From: Capsulimonadaceae bacterium
GTDB lineage: Bacteria; Armatimonadota; Armatimonadia; Armatimonadales; Capsulimonadaceae
Direction: 5' to 3'
Assembly: GCA_965215505.1 (NCBI GenBank)
Contig: OZ244065.1
Location: 1,856,001 to 1,920,000, forward strand
Length of the DNA: 64,000 nt
Shown here: one piece after another, positions 47,915-60,078 of the stretch
Position numbering within the stretch: position 1 is the stretch's first letter
Layout: every line of letters begins with the position of its first letter
Position numbers and translations under genes: made by a program
Notes under the pieces: generated by a model
Seen by the model: only the letters and a program-made list of their open reading frames with translations
What the model was told of the DNA's origin: nothing
The model's database searches: none

Positions 47915-49033
47915 TCAGTTGCTCGCGACGACCTGTGTCCCGTTGTAGGTCCGCAGGTGGAAGCGGCCGTTTTTGAGGCGGGCGAGGTTGATCTGGCCCT
48001 TGGCGATGGTGTTGACGGTGAAGGTGTTCGGGTCACCGTCGCTGACGTATTTTAGCGCCTTTTGCTTCTCCATCAGCTCCAGCCAATAGTGGATGGTGTC
48101 GCGGCCCGCGCCGGGGATGATGCGCGGGAGGTAGTAGGGGTTGAAGCTCTTGTTGAAAAAGTCTTTGCCCATGGGCGAGGCGGCGGGGTCCGCGCCCGCC
48201 TTCAGGGCGCAGATGTTGTGGTAGGTGACGCCGCCGCTGGCCCCGCTGATGACCAGCTTCTTGTTCTTGGGGAAGACGCCGAAGGGCATTGCCAGGGTGT
48301 CCACGGGGTAATTTGGCTCGTAATGGTGGATGTTGGCGACCGCGCCGGCAAGCTCGGCCTCGACGCGGGCGTCGGGCCAGTGGCGGATGCCGGCGAGGTG
48401 ATGGATAGTGTGGTTGCCGATCTCGAAGCCTTCTTTGACCAGATAGTCCATCTTGCCCTGGGCGTACTGCGCCTGGTAGAAGGGGGGAGGCAGATTCGTC
48501 CCGACATCGGTCAGGACGAAGAAGGTCCCCTTCAGGGGCCAGTCTGGGTGCTGGGCGTGGAAGGCGTCTAGGATGCCGACGGCGCAGTCCGGGTCTATCT
48601 TGGCGTCGTCAGTGTACCGGAACTGGCCGCGCAGGGCATCATCGAAGGTCAGGATGACCGGGGACATGCCTGCGGGACAGTCTATCTTGCCGAGAACGTA
48701 ATCGTGCAGGCTGACCGGGCGGTAGTTGTGGTCGTAGAGCCACTGGATGTCTTTACGGAATGCGGAGGCGGGGTACTGATAGCCGGTGGTCTTGAGTCCC
48801 TTGACGAGATCGTGGTATTCTAAGATCGGGACCAGCCCGGCCTCGTTCGGCTGCACTTTGGTCAGGTCCACGGGCAGCATCGGCGGGACGGCGCTGGCGA
48901 GCGCGGCGCGCGGCTTGACGGCGGCCTGGGTGTGGCCCCGGTGGAGCAGGTGGCAGCCGGACAGCGCGCCGGCGAGCAGGGCGGCGGCAGCGCCGAGGGC
49001 GAACGGTCGCAGGGAAAGACGGGCGCTTCGCAT
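47915..49033 (-). CDS. Polysaccharide deacetylase family lipoprotein
   Basis: Lipobox LSGC; PILEYH, LTFDD, GTFF, IGNHTIHH, AMPFG. Confidence 0.85.
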   Translation of the reverse strand: MRSARLSLRPFALGAAAALLAGALSGCHLLHRGHTQAAVKPRAALASAVPPMLPVDLTKVQPNEAGLVPILEYHDLVKGLKTTGYQYPASAFRKDIQWLYDHNYRPVSLHDYVLGKIDCPAGMSPVILTFDDALRGQFRYTDDAKIDPDCAVGILDAFHAQHPDWPLKGTFFVLTDVGTNLPPPFYQAQYAQGKMDYLVKEGFEIGNHTIHHLAGIRHWPDARVEAELAGAVANIHHYEPNYPVDTLAMPFGVFPKNKKLVISGASGGVTYHNICALKAGADPAASPMGKDFFNKSFNPYYLPRIIPGAGRDTIHYWLELMEKQKALKYVSDGDPNTFTVNTIAKGQINLARLKNGRFHLRTYNGTQVVASN

Positions 49034-49153
49034 GGGGGGTCCTTTATCTGACGCGGGCAGTGAAAGCGGGCAATGGGAGATGGCAACGGAACGGGTCTTG
49101 GCTGGCCTTGTTATTATACCATGACGGTCGGTGGGGAACAAGGGGGAGGGCGG

Positions 49154-49537
49154 GTGACACAATGGGCGGAGCGGGTCTGGAACGGCGTCAACAGCCTTCT
49201 GGGGCTGCTGGGCGGGCTTGGCGGGACGGCTGATTACCTGCCGGAAGTGGCGGTGTGGGAGGTCGCGGGCGGCTGGCTGATCGGGCTGCTGGGCCGGGCG
49301 GGGTGGGCGGACGCCATCACGCTGGGCGACGTGGTGCTGTACGCCGACAGGGGCCTGATCCCTCTGCTGCACACGCACGAGATGAGGCACGTCGAGCAGG
49401 GGCGGGCGTGGGGGCCGCTGTTCCTGCCGGCGTATGTGCTGGAGTCGGCGTACCAGTGGCTGCGGACGGGCCGGGGCTACTGGGACAACCGTTTCGAGGC
49501 CGACGCCCGGCGGGCTTCGCATGGGGAGGAAAATTGA
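49154..49537 (+). CDS. Small hypothetical protein with HExxH motif
   Basis: AITLGDVV, HEMRHVEQ, GPLFLPAY, YWDNRFEADA. Confidence 0.65.
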   Translation: MTQWAERVWNGVNSLLGLLGGLGGTADYLPEVAVWEVAGGWLIGLLGRAGWADAITLGDVVLYADRGLIPLLHTHEMRHVEQGRAWGPLFLPAYVLESAYQWLRTGRGYWDNRFEADARRASHGEEN

Positions 49538-49566
49538 GGCCGTCCGGCGAACAGGCGGGTCGGAGG

Positions 49567-50103
49567 ATGACGATGTTTACTGCCCCAAAGAACCGGCTTT
49601 CCACGCCTTTGCATGTCGCGCCCCTGCTTCTCCTGCCCTTTGCTCTGTGTCTCGCGCTCCCGGCGGCCTCGAAGCCGGCCGCCCCGGTGCCGTCGGCACG
49701 GCGGGAGATCCAGGCCATCTACAACAGGGTGAATGCGGCGGTGATGCAGAAGGATGTGGACGGCGCGTATGACTTTGACAGCGACGACTACACGGTCATA
49801 GACACCAAGGGCCACGTCCACGAGTCGTCGGAGTGGCGTCAGGAATTCGAGCAGGCGCTGGAGGAAGTTGACTCGATCAAGGCCGTCAGCGTCATCCAGA
49901 GCTTCACGGGCACGGGGGACGAAGCGACCGTCACGGTGAAGGAACACATGGTCGCCCGGATCGCAAACAACGCCAATGGCCGCGCCGTCAAGATCACGGT
50001 GGGGGACGTTGCCCGCGACCACTGGGTCAAGACGGCGGACGGCTGGCGGCGCACCCGGACGCGCATCCTGTCCGGGAAGGGCGCTTTCCAGAAGAACTTC
50101 TGA
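49567..50103 (+). CDS. Secreted NTF2-like (DUF4440-type) protein
   Basis: Signal peptide; GDEATVTV, DHWVKTADGWR; GGAGG SD. Confidence 0.75.
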   Translation: MTMFTAPKNRLSTPLHVAPLLLLPFALCLALPAASKPAAPVPSARREIQAIYNRVNAAVMQKDVDGAYDFDSDDYTVIDTKGHVHESSEWRQEFEQALEEVDSIKAVSVIQSFTGTGDEATVTVKEHMVARIANNANGRAVKITVGDVARDHWVKTADGWRRTRTRILSGKGAFQKNF

Positions 50104-50476
50104 GGAGCGGAGAAGAAAGGCGAACACGGAGAAGAAGGGCGGATAAGGGCAGGAAGGGCGAACACGAGGTTCGCCCCCACCCGTAGTGTGTCCAAAGCCT
50201 GAGTACCCTGACCACGTGTGCGTCTTTATCCACCTGATAGACGAGGCGGTGCTGGATGTTGATGCGGCGTGAGTAGGCCCCCTCCAAGTCGCCCACCAGC
50301 TTCTCATAAGGAGGCGGGTTCTGGAAGGGGTTGACGCGCAGAACCGCCAGCAGGGCTTCGGCCTTTGCGCGCAACCCTGCCGCCGCCAGGTCGCGCGCAT
50401 CCTTCTGGGCCTGCCGCGTGAACACGACTTGCCACGCTTCTAGAGGCGCTTCGTCCGCATCTGGTCCTGCACTCAC
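50027..50476 (-). CDS. yoeB: Txe/YoeB family toxin with read-through C-terminal extension
   Basis: NPFQNPPPYEKLVGDLEGAYSRRINIQHRLVY..WTHY; no stop after HYG. Confidence 0.88.
   Translation of the reverse strand: MSAGPDADEAPLEAWQVVFTRQAQKDARDLAAAGLRAKAEALLAVLRVNPFQNPPPYEKLVGDLEGAYSRRINIQHRLVYQVDKDAHVVRVLRLWTHYGWGRTSCSPFLPLSALLLRVRLSSPLLRSSSGKRPSRTGCASGCAASRPPS
50156..50180 (-). repeat. GTAG-type REP palindrome (GTAG reads GTGG)
   Basis: GTGGGGGCGAACCTCGTGTTCGCCC on minus strand. Confidence 0.65.
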
Positions 50477-50715
50477 CAGGATGGCTCCGGGCTGCACTGC
50501 TCCAGAGGCGTCCGCATCCCCTCCCTGAGCGACTCGCGCATACCCGGAACGGAAAGCAAGTAAAGCGTCTCCTCGATGGAGCGCCAGTCCTCTTCGGCGA
50601 CCAGAACGGCGCTGGCACGCTCGCCGTTGATCTGGACCGGCTCATGCGAGGCCGCTGTTTGCTCCACTAGCTGCGTCAAGTCGTGCCGTGCTTGTTCGTC
50701 AGTGACAGTTCTCAT
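50473..50715 (-). CDS. yefM: Phd/YefM family antitoxin
   Basis: SHEPVQI, AVLVAEEDWRSIEETLYLLSVPGMRESL; overlaps toxin start. Confidence 0.92.
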   Translation of the reverse strand: MRTVTDEQARHDLTQLVEQTAASHEPVQINGERASAVLVAEEDWRSIEETLYLLSVPGMRESLREGMRTPLEQCSPEPSW

Positions 50716-50743
50716 GGGTACAGTTTACCTTGTTCACCCTATG

Positions 50744-51007
50744 TCACCGCTTCCAGAAGCGGAGGCGTTCCCACCAGAGGGAGGCGGGGGTGTGCGCGGC
50801 CAGCTCGCGCAGGACGCGGGGGGACAGGGCGGCCTCCTGCATCAAGGTTTCCACCTGTCGGCGCGACTCGGCCTCGGCCTGGGCGGGGGGCGGGGGGGAA
50901 CGCAGGGCGGACTGGGCCAGGCGGATGGTTCCCGAGAGCGCGGGCGAGTCGGGGGCGTCCTGCCCGAAGGCGTCCTGCGGCTCCGAGGAGTCAACTTCTT
51001 CCGACAT
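50744..51007 (-). CDS. Small hypothetical protein downstream of ECF sigma (possible anti-sigma or remnant)
   Basis: AGGAG SD; 87 aa; overlaps sigma 3' end. Confidence 0.5.
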   Translation of the reverse strand: MSEEVDSSEPQDAFGQDAPDSPALSGTIRLAQSALRSPPPPAQAEAESRRQVETLMQEAALSPRVLRELAAHTPASLWWERLRFWKR

Positions 51008-51752
51008 ACTGCGTCTCCTCTTGGCTTGCGTGTGATTGCTGCGTCTGGGGGGTGCGGGGGCGTCGGTCGCGGCCGTTCTCCAGTCGTTCGACGGCCTCGA
51101 CGCGCTGCTCGATCTCGCGCCGGAGGGCGACGGTGGCGCGGTGGAGCAGGGACTTGACGGCGGACTCGGAGCGGCCCAGCAGGGGGGCGATCTCGCGCGT
51201 GGAGAGGTCGCCCAGGAAGCGGTGGATGAGCACGTCGCCCTGGTTGGGCGGGAGGGCGGCGATGGCGGAGCGGACGAGCTGCTGGACCTCATGGCGCTCG
51301 ACGACCTCCTGCGGGGACAGCGTGCCGTCCGGCCGGTGGGAGTCCAGCAGGGCGCGCATCCCCTCGATGACCGGGGCGTCCAGGGACACGACGCCGGAGG
51401 GCGGGCGCTGCCGGTGGCCGTCCACAATGAGGTTCAGGGCGATCCGGTGCAGCCAGGGGTAGAACGAGACGGGGCCACTCTCGGGGTCGGGCTTGAGGCG
51501 GAAGCGGCTCAGGCTGGCGAGGGCGCGCATGAAGGTTTCGGAGGCGACGTCTTCGGCGTCCTGGGCGTTGTTGGTCTTGAGGTAGGCGAGGTGGTAGATG
51601 CGCTTGTAGTGGCGCGCGTGGAGCGCGCCGAAGGCGGCCACGTCGCCGCGCTGGGCGGCGGCGATGAGTTCGCCGTCAGGGGGTCCATCCGGGGCGGGGC
51701 GGCCGGCGGGGACGGTGGCCGTCAGCCCGCACAGCGCGAAAAAGCCAAACAT
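50991..51752 (-). CDS. ECF RNA polymerase sigma-70 factor
   Basis: DAEDVASETF, WLHRIALN region 2; LSTREIA..LGRSESAVKSLLHRA region 4. Confidence 0.92.
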   Translation of the reverse strand: MFGFFALCGLTATVPAGRPAPDGPPDGELIAAAQRGDVAAFGALHARHYKRIYHLAYLKTNNAQDAEDVASETFMRALASLSRFRLKPDPESGPVSFYPWLHRIALNLIVDGHRQRPPSGVVSLDAPVIEGMRALLDSHRPDGTLSPQEVVERHEVQQLVRSAIAALPPNQGDVLIHRFLGDLSTREIAPLLGRSESAVKSLLHRATVALRREIEQRVEAVERLENGRDRRPRTPQTQQSHASQEETQYVGRS

Positions 51753-51844
51753 GCGGTCTCCTCTGTGCCTCTCTCCTTGCGACAGTGTACCACGGGGCGG
51801 CGGGGGAAGGCAAGAGGGTTCTGCGGGGGGGTGCCCGGCGAGGC

Positions 51845-51909
51845 GGAGGGCGCGAAGGGGGAGGAGGGCGCGAAGGGGGAGGAGGGCGCACACGCAGGTG
51901 CGCCCCTAC
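51845..51909 (-). repeat. GTAG-type REP with adjacent 18-bp tandem repeats
   Basis: (GGAGGGCGCGAAGGGGGA)x2 then GGGCGCACACGCAGGTGCGCCCCTAC. Confidence 0.7.
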
Positions 51910-51910
51910 G

Positions 51911-52960
51911 TCAGCCCTCGTCCGCCCCAGACAGCAGCCTCTCCATTTCGAGCGTTTGCCGTTCGCGCTGAAGCTCGCCGATGAGTTCGTCCTCCGTCGG
52001 CAGGTGGAGTTTGTAGCGGGACGCGAAGATCTGGGTGCTGCCTTCCGGCAGGGTGTAATGCACGACGGCCTCGCTCTTGTCGGCACACAGGACGATGCCG
52101 ATGGGCGGGTTTTCGCCTTCCTGGGTCAGCTCCCGCGCGTAGTAGTTGACGTACATCTGCATCTGCCCGATGTCCTGGTGGGTCAGGTCGCCGATCTTCA
52201 GGTCCAGCAGGACGAAGCTGCGGGTGAGCCGGTTGTAGAAGACCAGGTCCACATAGAAGTGGCGGCCGTCGAGCGTGATGCGCTGCTGCCGGCCCATGAA
52301 GGCGAACCCCTTGCCCAATTCCAGGAGGAACTGCTGGAGCCTGCCCAGCAGGGCGCGCTCCAGGTCCGCTTCCAGGAAACTCTCGTCCTGCCGCAGTCCC
52401 GTGAATTCGAGCACATAGGGGTCTTTCACCAGGTCGGCGGGTTGATGTACCGCATGGCCCTCCTGGGCCAGCGCGAGGACGCCCGCGCGGTCCCGGCTCA
52501 GGGCCAGCCGCTCGAACAGCAGGGAGTTGATCTGGCGCTCCAGCTCGCGGGTTGACCAACGGGCGGCGACCGCTTCCGCCTCATAGAAGGCGCGGGCGTC
52601 GGGGTTTTCGACGCGCAGGAGCAGGCGGTAGTGGGTCCAAGCCAATTCGTGACGCAGTGCGTCACGGATTGGAAAGACGCGGTACAAGTTCCGCATGTTC
52701 GAGAGATTGGAACGGTCGAAGCCCTTGCCGAACTCCTGGGAGAGACGCCGGGAGAGGGCGGCGACGACCTGTTTACCGTAGTCGGCGCGTGCGGCTCCCC
52801 GCAGCTCCTCTTCGGCGATGACGCGGTCGATCTCCCAATAGGCGGCCACTATTTCCACGTTGACGGCCTGCCAGGCGCGCGAGCGGGCCTGGGTCAGAAT
52901 GGTGCGGATGCGGTCGCGGGCGGCGTCCCACTGCGGTTCTAGCGGCACTTCGGCGCTCAT
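51911..52960 (-). CDS. DUF1016/YhcG family PD-(D/E)XK nuclease-domain protein
   Basis: LAWTHY, WSTRELERQI, KDPYVLEF, FLLELGKGFAF, DLVFY, GQMQMY. Confidence 0.93.
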   Translation of the reverse strand: MSAEVPLEPQWDAARDRIRTILTQARSRAWQAVNVEIVAAYWEIDRVIAEEELRGAARADYGKQVVAALSRRLSQEFGKGFDRSNLSNMRNLYRVFPIRDALRHELAWTHYRLLLRVENPDARAFYEAEAVAARWSTRELERQINSLLFERLALSRDRAGVLALAQEGHAVHQPADLVKDPYVLEFTGLRQDESFLEADLERALLGRLQQFLLELGKGFAFMGRQQRITLDGRHFYVDLVFYNRLTRSFVLLDLKIGDLTHQDIGQMQMYVNYYARELTQEGENPPIGIVLCADKSEAVVHYTLPEGSTQIFASRYKLHLPTEDELIGELQRERQTLEMERLLSGADEG

Positions 52961-53067
52961 GTCGGGATGCCTTTGTTCCCCGGATTGGAAATCCGGGTCT
53001 TCGGTAAAGCGAATGTCTGCCTGCGCGGATGGAAGATGGGGACCCTGCTCCTGTGCCGGGAGGGGTA

Positions 53068-54062
53068 CTAGAATGCTGCCCGGATGGACTTTCGGCGGGC
53101 GGCGTTTTCCTGGTCGTAGCGTATCCACTTTTCGACGGGCCAGTCCTCGACCAGCTCGATGCGCTCGGCGGCCCAGGCGAGGTATTCGGGGGTGCTGTCG
53201 TTGCCGAGCCAGCGGCGGCCTAATTGTTCGGCGACGACGGCGGTGGTGCCGGAGCCGAGGAAGGCGTCGAGGACGAGGTCGCCGGGGTTGGAGGAGGCGA
53301 GGACGATGGCGCGCAATAGCTCCTCGGGCTTCTGGGTGGGATGCGGGGTCTTTTCGTGCATGCCGTTACAGGTGGTGGGGATCTCCAGGACGTCTTTGGG
53401 CTTCGCGCCGTTCGGGTGGGGGTGCCAGAGGCGGCCTTTCTGGCCGCCCTTGCCGTACTGGCTGGATTCGGCCTGTGGGTGTTCGGGGTACTTCAGGGTG
53501 TGGCTGCCGTAGGGGATACGCACGTCGTCCACGTTCATGGTGAACTGTTTGGTCTTGCGGAAGTGGAGGATGCTCTCGTGGGAGCGGCCCCAGTCACTTC
53601 CGAGGTTGGCTTTGTTCTTGTAGTGCCAGACGAGCCAGCGGCAGCCCTGGAAGAAGGCAGAAGCGGGGAGCTTCAGGTCGGCCAGTATCTCAAGCCGCAG
53701 ATGTAGAGTGTCCCGGTGGGTTTGAGGACGCGGGCGGCCTGCTCGATCCACTGGAGGGACCAGCGGACGTACTCCTGCTGCGACTCGAGAGTATCCCATT
53801 CGGCCTTCTTGATGCCGTTGGGCGGGTCGAAGAAGGCGAGATCAACGGAGTCGGCGGGCAGCGAGCGCAGCCAGGTGACGGCGTCGCCGAGCCAGAGCCG
53901 GCCGTGCGGGTGCGTGTAGTAGACGGCGGGCGTGTCGGCCAGGGACGGGGCGGGTGTGGTGACGGTGCCCTTGGTCGGCGGCGGCCCGAAGAGGCCGGGG
54001 GCGTCGGCGGGGGCGCTCCTGCGGCGGGCATACTCGGCAATGGGTTCCTGGATTTGTGACAT
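53068..54062 (-). pseudogene. Site-specific N4/N6 DNA methyltransferase (beta class), frameshifted
   Basis: DPPN (vs DPPY) in 53673-54062; HPTQKP and LDAFLGSGTT in another frame; frame break near 53693. Confidence 0.85.
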
Positions 54063-54070
54063 GCTGTTTT

Positions 54071-54265
54071 TCAGGCGGCGAGGGAGGCGAGTTCCACTTC
54101 CAGGCCGAAGGCGTCAAAGAGGTAGTAGTCGCCGCCCCGGTTGATGCCGTGCCGCTTCTGCTCGACGGCGTAGGGAAGACGGTTCCGGTCCGGGAGATTC
54201 AGCGTCTCCCGCAGCGTTTGTGCCAAGGCGTCAAAGGCCATGTCGGTTTTGAAGTAGATTTCCAT
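54071..54265 (-). CDS. Short hypothetical ORF, probably truncated
   Basis: 64 aa ATG-started ORF in the same orientation as neighbours; no recognised motif. Confidence 0.35.
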   Translation of the reverse strand: MEIYFKTDMAFDALAQTLRETLNLPDRNRLPYAVEQKRHGINRGGDYYLFDAFGLEVELASLAA

Positions 54266-54313
54266 GTGTTACGCCCCGATGTTACGCACCGATCTGGGCC
54301 AGCCCCAACGAAC

Positions 54314-54456
54314 GTAGGACGAGTGATTGAAATCACTCGCTCCGGTAGGATTTGTCCAAGGGACAAGCGGCCAGAGGACACGGATGACCGGCTACCTTTT
54401 CCGTCTTCTGTCCCCTGCACAGGTCCCCCCCAGCGAGTGATTTCAATCACTCGTCC
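54314..54456. repeat. Inverted doublet (REPIN-like) of a two-hairpin repeat
   Basis: GGACGAGTGATTGAAATCACTCGCT (54317-54341) and its exact reverse complement (54432-54456). Confidence 0.8.
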
Positions 54457-54587
54457 GATGCTCGTCCCCATGCGCCCGGCCTGAAGATGTGGCCGGATGT
54501 CCTCCGTGCCGGCGGCGGCGCGGAAGCGGCGGGCGGCTTCCGCGAACTGCTCTTCATCCGTAAAACCTAATGGCGGCATGTTTTCTC

Positions 54588-57260
<2,673 letters not shown>

Positions 57261-57340
57261 TGTCACCGTGCCGTTCTTTATCCAAGTTTGCCATGGTTGT
57301 TTAGTTCGCGGCGGGCGGGTCGGTTTCCTGCGCGGGGGGA

Positions 57341-58267
57341 TCAGCCCCCACCCCCAGCCCCTCCCCCGCAAGCGGGAGAGGGGGTCCAGAGGGAGTTAGT
57401 CCGAATGGGAGGCGGTTTCAGCAGGGGGGCGGCCCAGCCGGGGGTGAGCAGGAGAGCGGGAGAGAACGCGGGTTCGTTTCGGCAGTTTTCGGCGGCGTCC
57501 GTTGGAGGGGCGGGCGGGACAGGAGCAGGCACGACCGGTTCGGCGGAGCGCCACGGGGTCGCCGAGAGGGACGGCGCGGCCACGCGCGGCGGAACGGGAC
57601 CCGACCCGGCCCGCGTGTCCAGAGGCGCGTCCGCAAGAGCCGCCACCACTGCCTCCGTCGCCTTGCGGATGCGCCGCAGACGCCCACGGGTCTCCAGGTC
57701 TATGTCGGTCTCCTCGCGGGCGCTGTCGCGGCACTCCCGCTCCGAGGTCATCGCCTCCTCCAGCACCTCGTCGCGCACGCGCCGGGCATAGAGGGCGGGC
57801 GCGTCCCGCCCCAGCATCTTGACGGCGGTGTCGATCTGCCGGTGCAGATGGGTCTCGTGGCGCAACGCCTTGTCCAGCCGGTCCAGGCGGGCCTCCTCGG
57901 TCAAGGTGTCGTCTTCAAAGAGCTGGGCCTGCCAGCGGTGCAGGCGGCGCAGGCGCCAGGAGGCGGCGGCGATCTTCTCGACGTAGTGCTGCTCGAGCAG
58001 GGTGCGCGGGGGGAGCTGGGCGAGCCAGGCGTCTTCGAGGAGCCGGTAGCCCTGGGGGTCTTCGCCGAGGGCGGGGAGGACGACGTCGCGGGCGAAGAGG
58101 CCGTGGGTGGTGGCGTTACGGGCGGCGACGGCTTTGCCGGCCTCAGTCTTGCCGGCGGGGGTGCGGGGGCCGGTGGCATGGGGCGCGGGGGCGGCGTGCG
58201 GTGGTGCAGCCGGGGGGACGGGCGCGGGAGACGGAGGGACGGTGGTCGAAAGAGTGGCGGTGGACAT
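57341..58267 (-). CDS. Hypothetical protein with TGPRT..GK...RNA..HGL motif
   Basis: [31 protein letters not shown]; own promoter upstream. Confidence 0.7.
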   Translation of the reverse strand: MSTATLSTTVPPSPAPVPPAAPPHAAPAPHATGPRTPAGKTEAGKAVAARNATTHGLFARDVVLPALGEDPQGYRLLEDAWLAQLPPRTLLEQHYVEKIAAASWRLRRLHRWQAQLFEDDTLTEEARLDRLDKALRHETHLHRQIDTAVKMLGRDAPALYARRVRDEVLEEAMTSERECRDSAREETDIDLETRGRLRRIRKATEAVVAALADAPLDTRAGSGPVPPRVAAPSLSATPWRSAEPVVPAPVPPAPPTDAAENCRNEPAFSPALLLTPGWAAPLLKPPPIRTNSLWTPSPACGGGAGGGG

Positions 58268-58301
58268 TGGCGTGGCCTTTCGGTGTAATAACTTGTCTAC
58301 T

Positions 58302-58331
58302 AGTATAGCGCATGACGCAGGGGAATGTCAA
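58302..58331 (-). promoter_or_regulatory. Sigma70-type promoter
   Basis: TTGACA-18bp-TATACT, about 35 bp upstream of ATG 58267. Confidence 0.65.
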
Positions 58332-58344
58332 GGGGGCAGGAGTC

Positions 58345-58468
58345 AAGACGAGTTAAGACGAGTTAAGACGAGTGAATGAATTCACTCGCTGACGCCGGAC
58401 CTGTCCAGGGGACAGAAGAGGGAGGGGAGCAGGAGAGGAGAAGGGCAACCACGGGGGGTTGCCCCTAC
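58345..58468. repeat. Repeat cluster: 10-bp tandem, two-hairpin repeat copy, GTAG REP
   Basis: (AAGACGAGTT)x2, GACGAGTGAATGAATTCACTCGCT..CTGTCCAGGGGACAG, GGGCAACCACGGGGGGTTGCCCCTAC. Confidence 0.7.
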
Positions 58469-58761
58469 CAGGGCCGGGCAGGGATCGCGTAGGGGAGAGC
58501 CCCGTGCCTGCGCTTCCGGTATCCTATGCCGGGGGGGCTGCTCCGAAAGAGCCGAAGGCAGAGGGGCCTCGCGCGCGTCTGAGTTGTCTTTGAGTCTTCT
58601 CTGAGTAGTCTCTGAAGTAGTATGTGGGGTTCCCGCAAACTGGTGTGGGGGATTCGGGGGGTCCGGTTTGCGGGATTTGGCGGGGGAACGCGCCCCGTGA
58701 CGCCCCCAACAGAGCCTTAGTCGCTGCCCCTCGCGGAGTAGGCAGGCCCCTCTGTTCCGGC

Positions 58762-59367
58762 TCATCGGGGGCCTTTGGCGCTGAACGGTGGTCGGTCGAA
58801 AGGATGAGGAGAGACAAAAAGGATCTCCCGCCTCATCTGCTCGTGGAGTTCTTGTTTCACTCCCGGCGTCAGCAAAGAGCTGTCTATCCTGTCTTTCAGG
58901 CGGTCAATCCGCTGCCTGGCCTCAAAGACTTCGTGCCGCCAGCGGACCAGGTCATCGCGCCACAGGGAGATCATCCCGATGGTCCACTTCCCGGCTTGAG
59001 TGAGGGCTTTGAGTTCGCCCGTCGGGAGAACCTCCCAGTGCTGTTCCGTGTCTTCCTCGGTGGAGTCCACGAAGCGCAACCCGAGGGCGCTCTCGACGGC
59101 ATCGGGCCAAGTGTCCCGCTTGAAGTGGTTACACTCGCCGCACGACCAGAAAAGATTCGCGTAAGTGTAGGCAAGCTCCGGCCTGTTCATCCTCTGGAAT
59201 TCCGCCTCCGGGCAGAGATGGTCTATCTGGCCGTTGGCTTCGCCGCCGAAGTGAAATTCGTGTCTCAGGCAGTAGGCGCAGCGGTTGAGGAAGGTCCTGC
59301 GGAGAAGCGGTTTGTAGGCGTGATAGTCCTTGTACACGCGCGGGGCTGGGACTCGTGGGAAGATCAT
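58762..59367 (-). CDS. HNH endonuclease
   Basis: CAYC, IDHLCP, NLFWSCGECNHFK. Confidence 0.88.
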   Translation of the reverse strand: MIFPRVPAPRVYKDYHAYKPLLRRTFLNRCAYCLRHEFHFGGEANGQIDHLCPEAEFQRMNRPELAYTYANLFWSCGECNHFKRDTWPDAVESALGLRFVDSTEEDTEQHWEVLPTGELKALTQAGKWTIGMISLWRDDLVRWRHEVFEARQRIDRLKDRIDSSLLTPGVKQELHEQMRREILFVSPHPFDRPPFSAKGPR

Positions 59368-59380
59368 GCCAGCCGGTCAA

Positions 59381-60031
59381 TCATTCCGCTGCGCCCGCCC
59401 GTTCCGTTCCTGCCAGCTCGGCCGTGCGCTCCGCGATACGCGCGTCCACCTCTTCCTCCAGTGCGGCGAGCGCGGCGTTCACGCGCTTGACCTGCCGTGC
59501 GGCCTCCTGCGAGCGCTCGTCACGTCGGCTGATCGCCTGGATCTGGTCGCGCAGGCTGACCAGCTCTTCTTCCTGGCCAGCGGTCAGCCCGCCGAGCCAG
59601 CTCTTGCGGGTCAACGCTTTGTATCTTGTTAGCAGTTCGTCGGGATAGGCTGGTGTTTCCAGATCTACAAGAGGGCTGTTCGCCGTCACCCGTGCGATGA
59701 GCGGGCCAAAGGAAAAACCTTTCTCATCCAGCCGTTCTGCGAGGTTCCTTCGCTCAACAAGTGCTGAAATCTTGGTTGATTTTTCCACCATCTGACGGAT
59801 GGCTAACAAGTACTGAGACGGCGTGTCCCCCGGCTCAATCTCTAGAATGGCTGTTCGAGGCGTTAGGGTGTAAGTACGGAAAACATCCCCAGGCGGAGAG
59901 GCACGCCTCTTGCGTGTGCGCCCTTTAGTAAGTACCTCCTTTCGCAGCACCCCAAGTTGGGATGAGTCCTTCACAGCGTACAATCTTAAAGCCGAAAAAG
60001 CATGACTTTTTTGTTTCTTAGTTTTTTCCAT
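59381..60031 (-). CDS. Hypothetical protein with C-terminal helical/coiled-coil region
   Basis: 216 aa, AGGA SD; ELLTRYKAL..GGLTAGQEEELVSL followed by heptad-like helix. Confidence 0.7.
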   Translation of the reverse strand: MEKTKKQKSHAFSALRLYAVKDSSQLGVLRKEVLTKGRTRKRRASPPGDVFRTYTLTPRTAILEIEPGDTPSQYLLAIRQMVEKSTKISALVERRNLAERLDEKGFSFGPLIARVTANSPLVDLETPAYPDELLTRYKALTRKSWLGGLTAGQEEELVSLRDQIQAISRRDERSQEAARQVKRVNAALAALEEEVDARIAERTAELAGTERAGAAE

Positions 60032-60078
60032 AGCTCATCCTAAAAACGAATAACTCCTGGATCGTTCTAAAACATCTT

